63,126 nt of DNA from an uncultured Bdellovibrionales bacterium (GCA_964579335.1 CAZOFS010000003.1:1-63126); one strand, 5' to 3'. Shown: positions 14,948-25,683, counted from the stretch's first letter. Notes: a model not told the origin generated them from the letters alone. Made by a program: numbers and translations.

Positions 14948-16708
14948 CTATAGTCGGCGGCGTTTTTCTTCGATCGAGAAGGAGATGAGAGTATCGCCGA
15001 CAGCAATTTTGGTTGACCCTTCAAAGACGACACCACATTCGTTGCCTTGGCCGACTTCATCAGCTGGTTCTTTATTTTTCTGGAGATTGGTCATAATGCC
15101 TTCACCCACGATTTCACCGTCGCGCTTGACTTCAATCTTGGATTTTCTGACCATTTTGCCACTAGCAACTCGGCCACCGACGATCATGTCACGCTTTCCG
15201 GTCTTGAAGATGGCGAGGACAGAGAGGTTGCCGTGGTCGGTGCGGATGATTTCGGGCGGGAGGAGATCGCTCATGGCGTCTTTGACTGCTTCGACGAGCT
15301 TATAAATGATATTGAAGCTCTGGATAGGGACATTGACGTTCTCGGCAATGCGCTTGGCGACGCTGGTTGGCTCGACATTGAAGCCATAAATCCGAGCCCC
15401 AGCACTCGCGGCGAGCTTGACGTCTGACTCAGTAATGGAACCTACTCCAGTAGCTACTTCTTCGAGCCTCACCTCAGGATGCTCGATGGCTCCGAGGATT
15501 TGCTGAATGGCTTCGAGGGATCCTTGGACGTCAGCTTTGATGATAATAGAGAGTCGCTTGATGCTTTCGTCTTCTTTCTTGGCCACACGTTTTACTTCGC
15601 CGTCTTTGAGGAGAGCCTCTTGGGACTTGAGGCGAGCTAGGGCTTTGCCTGAGACGACTTGAATCACATCATTGACCTGGGGGACGACGCCAAAACCATA
15701 GAGAGTAGCGGGGAGGGAAGGACCAGCTGATTCACGACTTTTCCCTACGAAGTCCTCGAGCCGCCGGACACGACCAAAGGCCGAGCCAGCGATAATATCC
15801 TGGCCGACTTTGAGGGTGCCGGTTTTGACGAGGATAGTCGCCACGGGGCCCTTCTGAGGATCGAGATGGGATTCGAGGACGACCGCCAAACCATCACGTT
15901 TGGCATCGGCTTTGAAATCCTCAACTTCGGCGACGAGAAGGATGGACTCCAGGAGTTTATCGATATTCAGTCCACTCTTGGCACTGACCTCGACACAAAT
16001 GACCTCACCACCCCAGCCTTCGAAGAGGATACCATGCTCAGCGAGTTCTTGTTTGACGCGATCGGGCCTTGCATCGGGCTTATCGATCTTGTTGATAGCG
16101 ACGATAACCGGGAGTTTCTTTTCATTGATGAACTGAATCACTTCTTTGGTCTGCGGTCGGACACCGTCATCGGCTGCGACGACGAGGATAGCAATATCAG
16201 CGATCGAAACACCACGCTCGCGCATTCCAGAGAAAGCTTCGTGACCAGGCGTATCAATAAAGGTGATAAGTTTGCCGTGCTTCTTGACTTGGTAGGCACT
16301 AATCTTTTGCGTGATACCACCAGCTTCACCAGCAGCCACATTGGCCTTGCGGATGGTATCGAGGAGAGTGGTCTTGCCATGGTCGACATGCCCGAGGATA
16401 GTGACGATAGGCGGGCGCGACTCAAGCGGCCGTTCACTCTCGGACTTTTCAGTGGCACAGATTTTGGTGAGGTCAACGAGCGTCAGAGTACCAGCTTTTT
16501 CCTCGGTGCTTTCGGTAGCTTGGAAACCGAGCTCCGAAGCAATAATGGAGGCGGTATCGAAATCAATCTCCTCATTGATGGTGGCGAGGATTTTGTTCTT
16601 CATGAGCTCAGTGATGACACTCGCTACCGGGACATGCAAAAGCTCGGCAAATTTTTTTACCGTGACAGTCTCGGGGAGAGCAACAATTTTCTGATTCTCT
16701 TGTGACAT
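14948..16708 (-). CDS. infB: Translation initiation factor IF-2 (short form)
   Basis: G-domain motifs [20 protein letters not shown] and NKID. Only a short N-terminal region precedes the G domain. Confidence 0.95.
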   Translation of the reverse strand: MSQENQKIVALPETVTVKKFAELLHVPVASVITELMKNKILATINEEIDFDTASIIASELGFQATESTEEKAGTLTLVDLTKICATEKSESERPLESRPPIVTILGHVDHGKTTLLDTIRKANVAAGEAGGITQKISAYQVKKHGKLITFIDTPGHEAFSGMRERGVSIADIAILVVAADDGVRPQTKEVIQFINEKKLPVIVAINKIDKPDARPDRVKQELAEHGILFEGWGGEVICVEVSAKSGLNIDKLLESILLVAEVEDFKADAKRDGLAVVLESHLDPQKGPVATILVKTGTLKVGQDIIAGSAFGRVRRLEDFVGKSRESAGPSLPATLYGFGVVPQVNDVIQVVSGKALARLKSQEALLKDGEVKRVAKKEDESIKRLSIIIKADVQGSLEAIQQILGAIEHPEVRLEEVATGVGSITESDVKLAASAGARIYGFNVEPTSVAKRIAENVNVPIQSFNIIYKLVEAVKDAMSDLLPPEIIRTDHGNLSVLAIFKTGKRDMIVGGRVASGKMVRKSKIEVKRDGEIVGEGIMTNLQKNKEPADEVGQGNECGVVFEGSTKIAVGDTLISFSIEEKRRRL

Positions 16709-16831
16709 ACAAATATATTATGACTGTGACGGTTTTGTTCGAAATTCATCGGTTAAGTCGGAGTAACAAGCAAGGATGAGATACTGTGTCGTGTAGAGAA
16801 GAGTAATCTCTCGGGAGATTGCCTCGACGGT

Positions 16832-17347
16832 CTAAATCTTCTTCTCCTGGGCTGAGAGAATGGCTTCGTGAATGACAGCCTTTTCTTCCTCGGTAAAGGG
16901 GAAGCCGTCAGCGCTGCCATTTTTGACTGGCTTGGCATAGGCTCGAGTGCCTTCGCGGGTGTGAAGCGATGAGAAGACGACGCCACTGTTTTTTCCATTG
17001 AGGAGAGCTACGGCAAAACTTTGATTGCCACCCACTTCTTTGAAGGGATTGAAGCGCATCACAGCTGACTTGTGGAGGCTCCGTGTCCCAAGCTGATGTA
17101 GACTATTGGAGATCGTAAAGAGCTCTTGGATGTCCTCATCGAGAGAGCGAACTGAGGATTTAGTCTCGAGAAGTACGGTTTCGAGACTTTGACCGTCTTT
17201 GCCGGAGAGAAACACCGAAAGGAGGTGTTCCAGTCGCTTGAGTCGCCGATGCTGGTACCAACTGACTCCTACGAGCAAGAGAATACCGAGGCTGAGGCAG
17301 CCAATAAAGGAAAAAGTCAGAAGAGAGGAGGTAACGGGGAATGGCAT
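16832..17347 (-). CDS. DUF4446-like membrane-anchored protein
   Basis: N-terminal TM span, then MRFNPFKEVGGNQSFAVALLNGKNSGVVFSSLHTREGTRAYAKPV, typical of the family as I recall it. Confidence 0.5.
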   Translation of the reverse strand: MPFPVTSSLLTFSFIGCLSLGILLLVGVSWYQHRRLKRLEHLLSVFLSGKDGQSLETVLLETKSSVRSLDEDIQELFTISNSLHQLGTRSLHKSAVMRFNPFKEVGGNQSFAVALLNGKNSGVVFSSLHTREGTRAYAKPVKNGSADGFPFTEEEKAVIHEAILSAQEKKI

Positions 17348-17478
17348 ATGACTCTATGGGGAAGCCTAGCATTGTTTGAGCCTCTCGTCTACAGGAGAGG
17401 TTCTGTAGTCTGGCTTGTTAAAAGTAGTAAAAAGTTAAGGGTGGTATATAATAAATGTATTAATCATAACGCAAGGTT

Positions 17479-18135
17479 ATGGCCAAAATTATTGGGGGGA
17501 TAGTGGTAGTGGTGCTCGTTGTTGGGGCATATATACTGTGGCAGGGTCAGCGAGCAGTGGCTCCAACTGATTCCATGCAACCAATGCAAGGAGTCGAGTC
17601 AGAGGCCGCATCAGAAACGATGATGGACAAAGGGAAACAGATGGTTTCTTCCATCAAGGATGCTATGGGGCTCGGGAAGGCTATGCAGTGTACTTACGCT
17701 ATGGATCAAGATGGGAAGGCTATGCAGTCAACCGTTCTGGTCGAGGGACAAAAGTTTAAATCAATGACTACTATGGATGGGATGGAAGTGTATGGTGTTT
17801 TTGACGGGGAGAATCAATATTCATGGACGAGTGCCTCCAAAGTAGGTATGAAGATGTCCAAGGCCTGTCTCGATAAGATGGCCGCGAGTGCTAAGGATAT
17901 GGCCACTACAACATCAGAATCAGGGGCTAAGGCTGAAGATATGCGAGCGGCGTTTGATGTGGCCAAGAATGTGCAATGTGAAGCAGCTGGAATGGTTGAC
18001 TTCACCCTCCCTAAGGACGTTACCTTCACTGATCAATGCGCCATGATGGAGGAATCAATGAAGATGATGGAGCAAATGAAAGACAAAATGCCAGCCGGGA
18101 TGACGCTCCCGACTCAGCCCAATATGGCGTATTAA
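17479..18135 (+). CDS. Methionine-rich membrane-anchored/exported protein (hypothetical)
   Basis: N-terminal hydrophobic anchor IIGGIVVVVLVVGAYILW. I counted 28 Met in 218 residues and four Cys. Confidence 0.65.
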   Translation: MAKIIGGIVVVVLVVGAYILWQGQRAVAPTDSMQPMQGVESEAASETMMDKGKQMVSSIKDAMGLGKAMQCTYAMDQDGKAMQSTVLVEGQKFKSMTTMDGMEVYGVFDGENQYSWTSASKVGMKMSKACLDKMAASAKDMATTTSESGAKAEDMRAAFDVAKNVQCEAAGMVDFTLPKDVTFTDQCAMMEESMKMMEQMKDKMPAGMTLPTQPNMAY

Positions 18136-18242
18136 GTGAGTAAACTGAATTTCCCCCCTATCTCTATTCATGCTTGGCCTACTTCTCCAGAACTCTGGTG
18201 AGGGTTTCGGGTGGAAATTTTTGAAAAAGTGGCTTCTATGAG

Positions 18243-18722
18243 CTAGAAGGGTAGTCGACAAAAGACAGGGACAACACAGCCAAAAAGAAGTGAACCAAGA
18301 CCAACAGCTACCCCGAGGAGGCCAAGTGGAAACACATGAGGAGTAAACCGTTTGATCTGTGCCGCGATTACAGGGTAACGCTCAAGTTTGGGGAGGGCGA
18401 GGAGTGCACCGGTGAGAATAGCAGGGATAGCCTGAGGAAAACTCGAGCCGAGCTCTGGGATAAACCATGGGATGAGATGGATTCGATCTAAAAGCCCAAT
18501 AATACCGACAACTAATGTAAGGAGCCCCAGCGTATCTTTCCAGGGAGCAGACTTTGCTTCTATTGTTGTTAACCACTCTTGTGCTCCTCGTTCTTTAAGT
18601 CCTGGGAGAGCCAGGAGAAATCCAGCCAGGATATTGATGATTTGAAGAATCATACATGTTGTATTAATACTCTTGTTTCGAGTATAGACCTTCTCCGAGA
18701 AAAAGGAAGAGATTTGCGTCAA
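18243..18722 (-). CDS. Small polytopic membrane protein (hypothetical)
   Basis: About four hydrophobic spans. The start may be the internal Met24. Confidence 0.55.
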   Translation of the reverse strand: MTQISSFFSEKVYTRNKSINTTCMILQIINILAGFLLALPGLKERGAQEWLTTIEAKSAPWKDTLGLLTLVVGIIGLLDRIHLIPWFIPELGSSFPQAIPAILTGALLALPKLERYPVIAAQIKRFTPHVFPLGLLGVAVGLGSLLFGCVVPVFCRLPF

Positions 18723-18725
18723 TGA

Positions 18726-20648
18726 CTAAAACGGATCAGAGAGAAGGGATTTGAGCAGCTTGGGGAGTGGGATGGAGGCGACGCCAATGACTCGATCTGC
18801 ACCACCGTAGTAGGTGATGAGTGTATTGTCTCGGACGATAGCGCCGCACGGGAAGACGACATTTGGGACGATGCCATTACGTTCAAACTCTTTCTCAGGT
18901 TCAAAGAGTGGGTGGAGGCTACGGCCGATGACTTTTTCGGGATGGTTGAGATCGAGGAGGAGGGCTCCGACGCGGTATTCTCCATCATGGAGGGATACAC
19001 CGTGGTAGAGGATAAGCCAACCAGCTCTGGTTTTGATAGGGGCGGTATTGATCCCAATTTTTTTGCTGTCCCAAAACCCAGGGCGAGGAAAGATAAAAGG
19101 GTTATGAACTAACCAAGTGGTGGCACCATCAAAATCGAGTGAAGAAACGAAGTTAATATCGATCGAGGGTTGGATGCGGTGGAGGATGACGTATTGACCG
19201 TTGATTTTTTCGGGGAAGAGACAGGCATCTTTGTCATCAATGCCCGGCGGGGAGATGAGGACTGGATCGGTAAAGCGCTCGAAACGACGGTTGAGGAAGT
19301 CATCAGCTGGAATTGTGCTGAGAGCCACGCGAGGTGGCGTGGCTGCATCGACAGCAGTGTAGAGCATGTAATAGGTATCATCGAAGCGGGTGAGACGCGG
19401 ATCTTCGCAGCCAGAGTTGCCACCGGATCGTTTGGTTTCAAAGGGTGCACGGGGAACATACACTGGGTCAGGTAGGCGCTCGGTAATTCGGAAGGCATTA
19501 CGACTCTCGGCATACCCAAGGACAGAAGTATCGTCGTCTCCCATGGCGCGATAGAGGATACGCACGGTGCCAGCCTCATCGATAGCAGCTGGATTGAAAA
19601 CAGCTTTTTTCTCCCAGGTATGTTCGGCTACGGGTTCGAGGATGGGATTTTTGGTATAGCGTTTGAGAGTAGGTCGGGATTCAGGTTTGGCGAGAAGTTC
19701 TTTGAGGAGCACTTTCAAACTTCCGGTTGCGAGACAAGTCGTTGTATCGGCCGCTCCATAGTAGACCGACAGCGTATCACCGCGGAGGGTTACTCCTGTG
19801 GGAAAGACGATGTCTTTGACTTTGCCATAGCGTTCGTACTCTTCCTCAGGGGTGAGGAGGGGCATAGTAGTACGCCCGAGGACTTTTTTGGGATTGTTGA
19901 GATCGAGGAGGAGAGCTTCGATAGTGAAGAGGGGATCATTGGAAAGGTAGTTCTGAATATAGGAGTAGAGGAGGAGCCAGCCTTTTTTGGTTTTGATTGG
20001 TGGGGCGCCAATTTCAATATGATCTTGTGTTTCGCGCTGGAGATCAAAACCGTGTTGGTCGAGTTCACGATACCATTTTTCCCAGCGCTTATGATCCCAC
20101 ATCTCTTCTGGACTATCAAAAGTAGCGAGCGCAATGGTCGCAGGTGGGCGATCAGTATTGACTGAGAGAATCGTCCAGATCTTGCCATTGATGCGTTCGG
20201 GAAACATGGTCATCGCCTTGGCGTTGAAGGGCGTGATATGATGTTTGTCAAAATATCTGAAGTCTCGGGTAGTGGCGAGTCCTACCTGGATGCCTTCAGC
20301 CCGAAATGGGAATTCAGAAAGCGCGGTGTAAAAAATGTAATACGTATCTTCGAATTTGGTCACGCGCGGATCTTCGCAGCCATACCGTTCCCAGTGAAGT
20401 TCGGGTTCGAACGCAATGCGATGTTTTTTGAAATGTACCCCATCGGTACTCTCGACGTGGCCAACGGAAGAGAGTGAAAGCCAAGGGCCGTCTTCATGGA
20501 GGAGGGGGAGTGACTGAGCCCGATAGAGGAGATGGGTTTTGCCTTTGTCGCGGATGGCTGACCCATTGAATGCTCCCTCGGCTTCCCACGGGAGATCACT
20601 TTCGGGAACGAGGACCGGGTTTTCGAACGAGCGCTTGAGAAAGGGCAT
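18726..20648 (-). CDS. Tandem double-domain GH130-family protein (glycoside phosphorylase/hydrolase-like)
   Basis: Two repeats of the GH130 pattern: NPVL...AFN...YRA, then GCEDPRVTKFEDTYYIFYTA and GCEDPRLTRFDDTYYMLYTA. Confidence 0.7.
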   Translation of the reverse strand: MPFLKRSFENPVLVPESDLPWEAEGAFNGSAIRDKGKTHLLYRAQSLPLLHEDGPWLSLSSVGHVESTDGVHFKKHRIAFEPELHWERYGCEDPRVTKFEDTYYIFYTALSEFPFRAEGIQVGLATTRDFRYFDKHHITPFNAKAMTMFPERINGKIWTILSVNTDRPPATIALATFDSPEEMWDHKRWEKWYRELDQHGFDLQRETQDHIEIGAPPIKTKKGWLLLYSYIQNYLSNDPLFTIEALLLDLNNPKKVLGRTTMPLLTPEEEYERYGKVKDIVFPTGVTLRGDTLSVYYGAADTTTCLATGSLKVLLKELLAKPESRPTLKRYTKNPILEPVAEHTWEKKAVFNPAAIDEAGTVRILYRAMGDDDTSVLGYAESRNAFRITERLPDPVYVPRAPFETKRSGGNSGCEDPRLTRFDDTYYMLYTAVDAATPPRVALSTIPADDFLNRRFERFTDPVLISPPGIDDKDACLFPEKINGQYVILHRIQPSIDINFVSSLDFDGATTWLVHNPFIFPRPGFWDSKKIGINTAPIKTRAGWLILYHGVSLHDGEYRVGALLLDLNHPEKVIGRSLHPLFEPEKEFERNGIVPNVVFPCGAIVRDNTLITYYGGADRVIGVASIPLPKLLKSLLSDPF

Positions 20649-20660
20649 AGTGAGTATAGA

Positions 20661-22541
20661 TTAGGAGCGTTTACGGATATTCATTTTTTTGAGGGTAGGT
20701 GGTTTTTCACGCCAGAGATCATTGAGGAAAGTATCGAGATTGGCGGTCGCGACAGCTGCGGTCCGATCCGAGGCGCCGTAATAGACAAAGAGAGTATCGC
20801 CTTTGACTACTGCCCCACAGACATACACAACACCTCGTTTGTGACCACTGTTTTCATATTCGGTTTCTGGCTCAAGCACGGGCTCAAGTGCCCGACGAAG
20901 AATCCGTTCAGGATACTGTTTGTCGAGAAGCATAGCACCGACTTTGTATTTGCCTGGGTCACGCATGTCCATGCCATGGTAGAAGACGAGCCATCCACGC
21001 TTGGTGGGAATGGGTGGGGCCCCAGTGCCACGGACGATATTGTCCCAAGCTTCCAGGCGGGCGGAATCGATATACCCCCGGCCGCCATGGGAAGACAGGC
21101 TTTCGATGTACTGGGTTTTTCCGAGTTGGCTGAGACTGTCGAGGTATTCAATTTTGATAGTCGGGGTTAATCCGTGAAGAATAGCAAATTTCCCATGAAT
21201 TTTTTCTGGAAAGAGCACCCAGTTTTTTTGGATTTGACCTGGACGTGAGATGAGTCGTGGTTCTGACCAGCGCCAGCGTTTGGCGAGAAAGTTTTTGGTT
21301 GAAAGAGAAGCAAGGGCTACTCCCGGGGGATGACTCCCATCAAAGGCAACATAGATGAGATAGACCATTCCATCAATTTCGACGAGGCGTGGATCTTCGC
21401 AGCCACCGGTACCACCACCCGAGGTGTAGGGATAGAGGCTTTCCTCGATGCTTTTGGCGCGCGAGGGAACGAAGACGGGGTTGGGGGAGCGCTCATCGAT
21501 CTGGATACCATTACTACTCCCAGCATAGCCGAGGACGGACTGACCATCGTAGCCCTGAGCTCGGTAGAGGAGGTGAATACGTCCGTCAAGTGCAATAGCT
21601 GCTGGATTGAATGAAGCAAAGGCTTCCCAGGCATAGGCAGCTCGTGGTTCGAGAATAGGGTTCGATGCCACTCGCTCGAGGGTGATTTTGATCCCAGTTT
21701 TACGTTTGGGGAGTACAAGGGTGTCGGGAAGTTTGGCTTGACGTGGGGCTTTCCAGTATTCAGCAATGGGAAAACATTCAATACCCTTTTCTTTGGATTC
21801 GACGTACAGAGAGAAATAGCGACCATGATGGAAACCACCGAGGAAACGCAGCGTCGAGGCTGGATGTTTGGGAGGGAGCTCCCAGAGTGGGAAGTCACTT
21901 CGCCATATGAGCTCAGTCGGATTGTGTTTCTCAAACAAAGCCGCTCCGAGAGTTGGTCTCCCTTTTGCATTCTTGGCTGTATACACGAGGAGAGTAGTGC
22001 TCCCTTGGAGTTCAGTGTAGAGAGGGGCGAGTTCAGTATGATCAAAGTGATTGGTTCTCGCTCGGAGGACAACATCGCCTTCTCGGAAATGAGAGAGGTC
22101 GGATTTGGAATGAGCCTGGAAAATAGTCCGGCCGGTTTTGGTGGAAAACGCGAGGTATTGCGTCTTGATTTTTCTTGTTCCAGGAATTTTGACTACAACT
22201 GTAGGTTGAGTGAAGAGAGATGATTGAGCCACTACTTGCCAGTGATAGTGTTTGTTGAGTCGGACAAAGGCACTAGGCTTACCTTTTTCGCTTACCACGA
22301 GCTCTGCTCCTACGTCAGGGGCATTGGCTCGGACGGTTAGCTCATTTCCGGGGAGAACTTTGGTACCATTGGCTCGTGTGTAGGTGACAAAATCGATGCT
22401 AGATGAAAACTTTTGTCCATCGTGACTCTTGGCGCCATAGAGACCTGGGGCTCCAGGGGAATCAGTCTGCCAATACAAGCACACCTCTTTCCCTTTGGGG
22501 AAAATAACCAAACCCCGGCGATGGCTCAAAGCAGGCAACAT
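20661..22541 (-). CDS. GH130-family domain protein with a ~290-aa N-terminal extension of unknown function
   Basis: The C-terminal half carries NPILEP...AFNPAA...GGCEDPRLVEIDGMVYLIYVAFDG. The N-terminal half has no catalytic-type motif. Confidence 0.65.
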   Translation of the reverse strand: MLPALSHRRGLVIFPKGKEVCLYWQTDSPGAPGLYGAKSHDGQKFSSSIDFVTYTRANGTKVLPGNELTVRANAPDVGAELVVSEKGKPSAFVRLNKHYHWQVVAQSSLFTQPTVVVKIPGTRKIKTQYLAFSTKTGRTIFQAHSKSDLSHFREGDVVLRARTNHFDHTELAPLYTELQGSTTLLVYTAKNAKGRPTLGAALFEKHNPTELIWRSDFPLWELPPKHPASTLRFLGGFHHGRYFSLYVESKEKGIECFPIAEYWKAPRQAKLPDTLVLPKRKTGIKITLERVASNPILEPRAAYAWEAFASFNPAAIALDGRIHLLYRAQGYDGQSVLGYAGSSNGIQIDERSPNPVFVPSRAKSIEESLYPYTSGGGTGGCEDPRLVEIDGMVYLIYVAFDGSHPPGVALASLSTKNFLAKRWRWSEPRLISRPGQIQKNWVLFPEKIHGKFAILHGLTPTIKIEYLDSLSQLGKTQYIESLSSHGGRGYIDSARLEAWDNIVRGTGAPPIPTKRGWLVFYHGMDMRDPGKYKVGAMLLDKQYPERILRRALEPVLEPETEYENSGHKRGVVYVCGAVVKGDTLFVYYGASDRTAAVATANLDTFLNDLWREKPPTLKKMNIRKRS

Positions 22542-22561
22542 GTGTATTGGTGTTTGCCTCT

Positions 22562-22570
22562 ATTTTAGCA
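22562..22570 (-). promoter_or_regulatory. Candidate extended -10 promoter (TGcTAAAAT) for the GH130 genes
   Basis: The minus strand reads GATGCTAAAATAG about 20 nt upstream of the ATG at 22541. Confidence 0.3.
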
Positions 22571-22731
22571 TCAAAGTTGAGTAGCGTAGAGGGTGTCTCG
22601 GACCACTTTTAGTATAGAAGTATTCAGACAGAGCATGATCGAAGATAGTTGATAGATGTGAGGCAGCATTGATGAACCCATATCCCCCCTATAGTTTTTT
22701 CAGGCTTTTTGCTGTAGATTCTGTTGACTGT

Positions 22732-23505
22732 CTATCGTTGTGCATGTTTGAGTATCCATCTGGTGTGCTCATTGTTTGACTTCGACCATTGATCGATAAT
22801 CTTCTTTGCTTCTTGTGGATTGACCTTGAGCCAGTCGCGCAGATGATTGGCCACTGATCTTTTGACAAACTTCACCCCATCTTCTTTGAGAATTTCCAGT
22901 ATTTCAAACACTGGTTTAGGGTTCTCGTTCCAGACATCAAGCTTGGGTGCCCAGGGGAGCTTGGGTCGCAATCCCTCAGATGCTAAGCGTCGGAGGTGAA
23001 AATTTTTGCTCCGTGCCCATTTTCTACATACGGCGAGTATTTTGTCAGGATGTGTACGAGCGTAGGGGCGTATAGCGTATTCACCGGTATTTCTTTTGGT
23101 TACTTCCTCAATGGCTTTGATGGATAATGCAAAGTGATCTAGGCCGTATTTTTCAATGAATTTTCCCACTGGCATGAGCCAGTAGAAATGTGTAAACATC
23201 CCTGTTTCTTCCTCGTTTTCTGGTCCAAGTATCTGCAAAAGAATGGCTAGAGCTTCAGAGTATTTCTCTGGTAGGTACCTCTTTAGAGCATCCGCTAGTA
23301 TCTCTATCCGTTCAGTATACCGTTTACCCACTACTTGCTTTTTTACACTTGTACAAAAATCCTTTTTAGGAAAATCTTTGTGTACAGCCATGATCTTGTC
23401 TGAGAGCAGGATTGTCAGCTTGTCGCCAAAAACCACCGTAATCGACATCCGACCGGTTTGTGGATCTATAGCGTAGTGATTTTTTTGTACGGTAGATTTT
23501 TCCAT
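22732..23505 (-). CDS. DNA alkylation repair protein (AlkC/AlkD-like HEAT-repeat glycosylase family)
   Basis: The region NTGEYAIRPY...NFHLRRLASEGLRPKLPWAPKL...KRSVANHLRD matches my recollection of this family. Confidence 0.55.
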   Translation of the reverse strand: MEKSTVQKNHYAIDPQTGRMSITVVFGDKLTILLSDKIMAVHKDFPKKDFCTSVKKQVVGKRYTERIEILADALKRYLPEKYSEALAILLQILGPENEEETGMFTHFYWLMPVGKFIEKYGLDHFALSIKAIEEVTKRNTGEYAIRPYARTHPDKILAVCRKWARSKNFHLRRLASEGLRPKLPWAPKLDVWNENPKPVFEILEILKEDGVKFVKRSVANHLRDWLKVNPQEAKKIIDQWSKSNNEHTRWILKHAQR

Positions 23506-23535
23506 GCCTATTGAAAATGTACCGACATGTTTTTG

Positions 23536-23622
23536 CGGAAAGGGCGGGATTCGAACCCGCGATACCGGTTAGGGTATGCACGCTTTCCAAGCGTGTGCCT
23601 TCAACCTCTCGGCCACCTTTCC
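23536..23622 (-). tRNA. tRNA-Ser (anticodon GGA), no encoded CCA
   Basis: GGAAAGG/CCTTTCC acceptor stem, anticodon arm CACGC-TTGGAAA-GCGTG, long variable arm, T arm GCGGG-TTCGAAT-CCCGC, discriminator G. Confidence 0.9.
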
Positions 23623-23699
23623 ATAACTACTCACTTGTACCGCAAAAATGGTTTTCCTTCAAGCTTCTCTAGTGTACAATAGAGACAAAGACACAAACT

Positions 23700-24245
23700 A
23701 TGAATGTACCTAAAGGATTGGTATTTGTAGAACCAAAACAAGTGGTCCGGGAACTTTCGCTCGGGCTTGGTGATACGGTGGCTGATTTTGGCGCGGGTTC
23801 AGGCTACTTTTCTTTTGAATGTGCGCGAGCGGTAGGGGATGAAGGCAAAGTCTATGCTCTCGACGTACTTCCGAGCGCCCTCGAAGCGATTACAAGCCGA
23901 GCCAAAGCCTTGGGTCTCTCCAATGTTATCGCCCAGCGGGTGAATCTCGAACGACCCAATGGCTCAGGCTTAGGTTCAGGAAGCGTTGATTGGGTGATTG
24001 TCAAAGACGTACTGATGCAAAACAAAGACAAGTCTACTATCTTACGAGAGGTAGCGAGAGTACTGAAGTCCGATGGCCGAGCGATTATTATCGAGTGGCA
24101 CCCGAACGAAGGGACGGTTGGTCCGGATCGCGAGCTTCGCATGGCACCAGAGGCTCTCAAGGTACTTCTCAGTGAGAGCGGTCTCACAGTAGTCGAAGAA
24201 CCAGCGGTAGGTGGTTTTCACTATGCTTTTATAGTCAAAAAATAG
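23700..24245 (+). CDS. Class I SAM-dependent methyltransferase
   Basis: Motif I VADFGAGSGYFS followed by VYALD. Confidence 0.7.
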   Translation: MNVPKGLVFVEPKQVVRELSLGLGDTVADFGAGSGYFSFECARAVGDEGKVYALDVLPSALEAITSRAKALGLSNVIAQRVNLERPNGSGLGSGSVDWVIVKDVLMQNKDKSTILREVARVLKSDGRAIIIEWHPNEGTVGPDRELRMAPEALKVLLSESGLTVVEEPAVGGFHYAFIVKK

Positions 24246-24255
24246 GGACGTACTT

Positions 24256-25626
24256 ATGAGACGTTTGAATCGATTCTTTTCCTTACTTCTACTCTTACCA
24301 GCCTTAGTTATACTTTCAGGTTGTGGTGAACCCGAAGCTATACCGTACAAGGTTGAGCTTGAGGTATGGGGAGTGTTTGATGATTCTGATGTTCTGAGTG
24401 GGCTCTTTGATAGTTATCAGAAAATCAACCCTTATGTACAGGTCAAGTATCGCAAGATGACACCTGAGACGTATCGGACTGATCTTTTGGAAGCTTTTGC
24501 TGCCGGCAAAGGACCCGACGTGTTTATGCTCCAGAACACCTGGCGCAGTGGTTTTGAGGACAAGATTGTCCCTGCTCCAGCTCTTTTTGTGAATGAGAAA
24601 AAATTTCGAGAAACTTTTGTGGATGTAGTGGCCGATGATTTTCTTGGATCAGATGGTCAAATCTACGCTGCACCACTCTCTGTTGACTCACTTGCACTCT
24701 ACTACAATAAAGATATCTTCAACACGCTCGGGATCGCTGAGCCACCCAAGACATGGGAAGAGCTCTTAGGCCTGGTGCGCAAGATGACCGAGATTGATCG
24801 TTACGGTAATATTAACCGCTCAGCCATCTCTCTCGGTACTGGAGATAATATCAATCGCTCAGTCGATGTGCTTCTTCTCCTCATGCTTCAAATGGGGGCT
24901 GATTTTCAGGATGAACGCTTCTTTACCACGGGTGCCGCGCAGAAGGCTTTCGAGTTTTACAATCGTTTTGCTCGCCTTGATTCGACCTTCTACACCTGGA
25001 GTCCAAGGGAGCACTACTCCATCGACGCTTTCTATGAGGGGACTTTGGGCATGACGATCAACTATTCGTACCACTACCCAACCTTTCGTCAGAAGAATGC
25101 AAAGTTTAACTTTGCCGTAGCTCCGCTGCCCCAGTTTTCGGGTGAACAACCTATCAACTTTGCTAATTACTGGGGATTCGCGGTAGCCAAGAACAAAGCT
25201 TATACGCCTAGTCGAAGTGATACTACTCCGCTTACAGCTGAACAGTATCAGCAAGTGAGGACTCATGAGGCATGGCAGCTCATTCATTATCTCGCTTTCC
25301 CTCATCCGGGAAATAGTTTGACGCTCTACAATGCCCTGGGCCCGACCTCTGCAGCATTCGCGCTCAAGAGTGACCCAGCCCTAGATTACTTGAAACTTAC
25401 CAGGAAACCAGCTGCTCGACGCGATCTCATAGAGACCCAGAAAGATGATTTGGCTCTTGCTCCTTTTGCGCTAGGTAATTTAGTGGCGCGAAGTTGGAAG
25501 CCAGGGAACAATACTGAGGCAGTCGAGAGTCTTTTGGTGGATGCAATTAACTCGGTCAATCGCGGTGAACGTACTATCGGTGAGGCTCTCTCTGTCTTTG
25601 AAGCGCGGCGTAATCAATTTCGTTGA
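24256..25626 (+). CDS. ABC-transporter extracellular solute-binding lipoprotein (sugar-type family 1)
   Basis: Lipobox LVILSGCG. Overall SBP-like pattern (GKGPDVFMLQNTW, YYNKDIF). No permease or ATPase gene is adjacent. Confidence 0.6.
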   Translation: MRRLNRFFSLLLLLPALVILSGCGEPEAIPYKVELEVWGVFDDSDVLSGLFDSYQKINPYVQVKYRKMTPETYRTDLLEAFAAGKGPDVFMLQNTWRSGFEDKIVPAPALFVNEKKFRETFVDVVADDFLGSDGQIYAAPLSVDSLALYYNKDIFNTLGIAEPPKTWEELLGLVRKMTEIDRYGNINRSAISLGTGDNINRSVDVLLLLMLQMGADFQDERFFTTGAAQKAFEFYNRFARLDSTFYTWSPREHYSIDAFYEGTLGMTINYSYHYPTFRQKNAKFNFAVAPLPQFSGEQPINFANYWGFAVAKNKAYTPSRSDTTPLTAEQYQQVRTHEAWQLIHYLAFPHPGNSLTLYNALGPTSAAFALKSDPALDYLKLTRKPAARRDLIETQKDDLALAPFALGNLVARSWKPGNNTEAVESLLVDAINSVNRGERTIGEALSVFEARRNQFR

Positions 25627-25683
25627 TAACTTTGTCGGCCCGTACCCTTTGCATGGATACTGGTCTATACTACACATAAGACT

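Noticed and set aside
15866-16705. 279-aa plus-strand ORF, plus 15047..15427 and 16311..16694
   Set aside because: They are antisense to, or out of frame with, infB.
21317-22075. 252-aa alternative-frame minus-strand ORF
   Set aside because: It overlaps the GH130 gene 20661..22541 in another frame and has no motifs.
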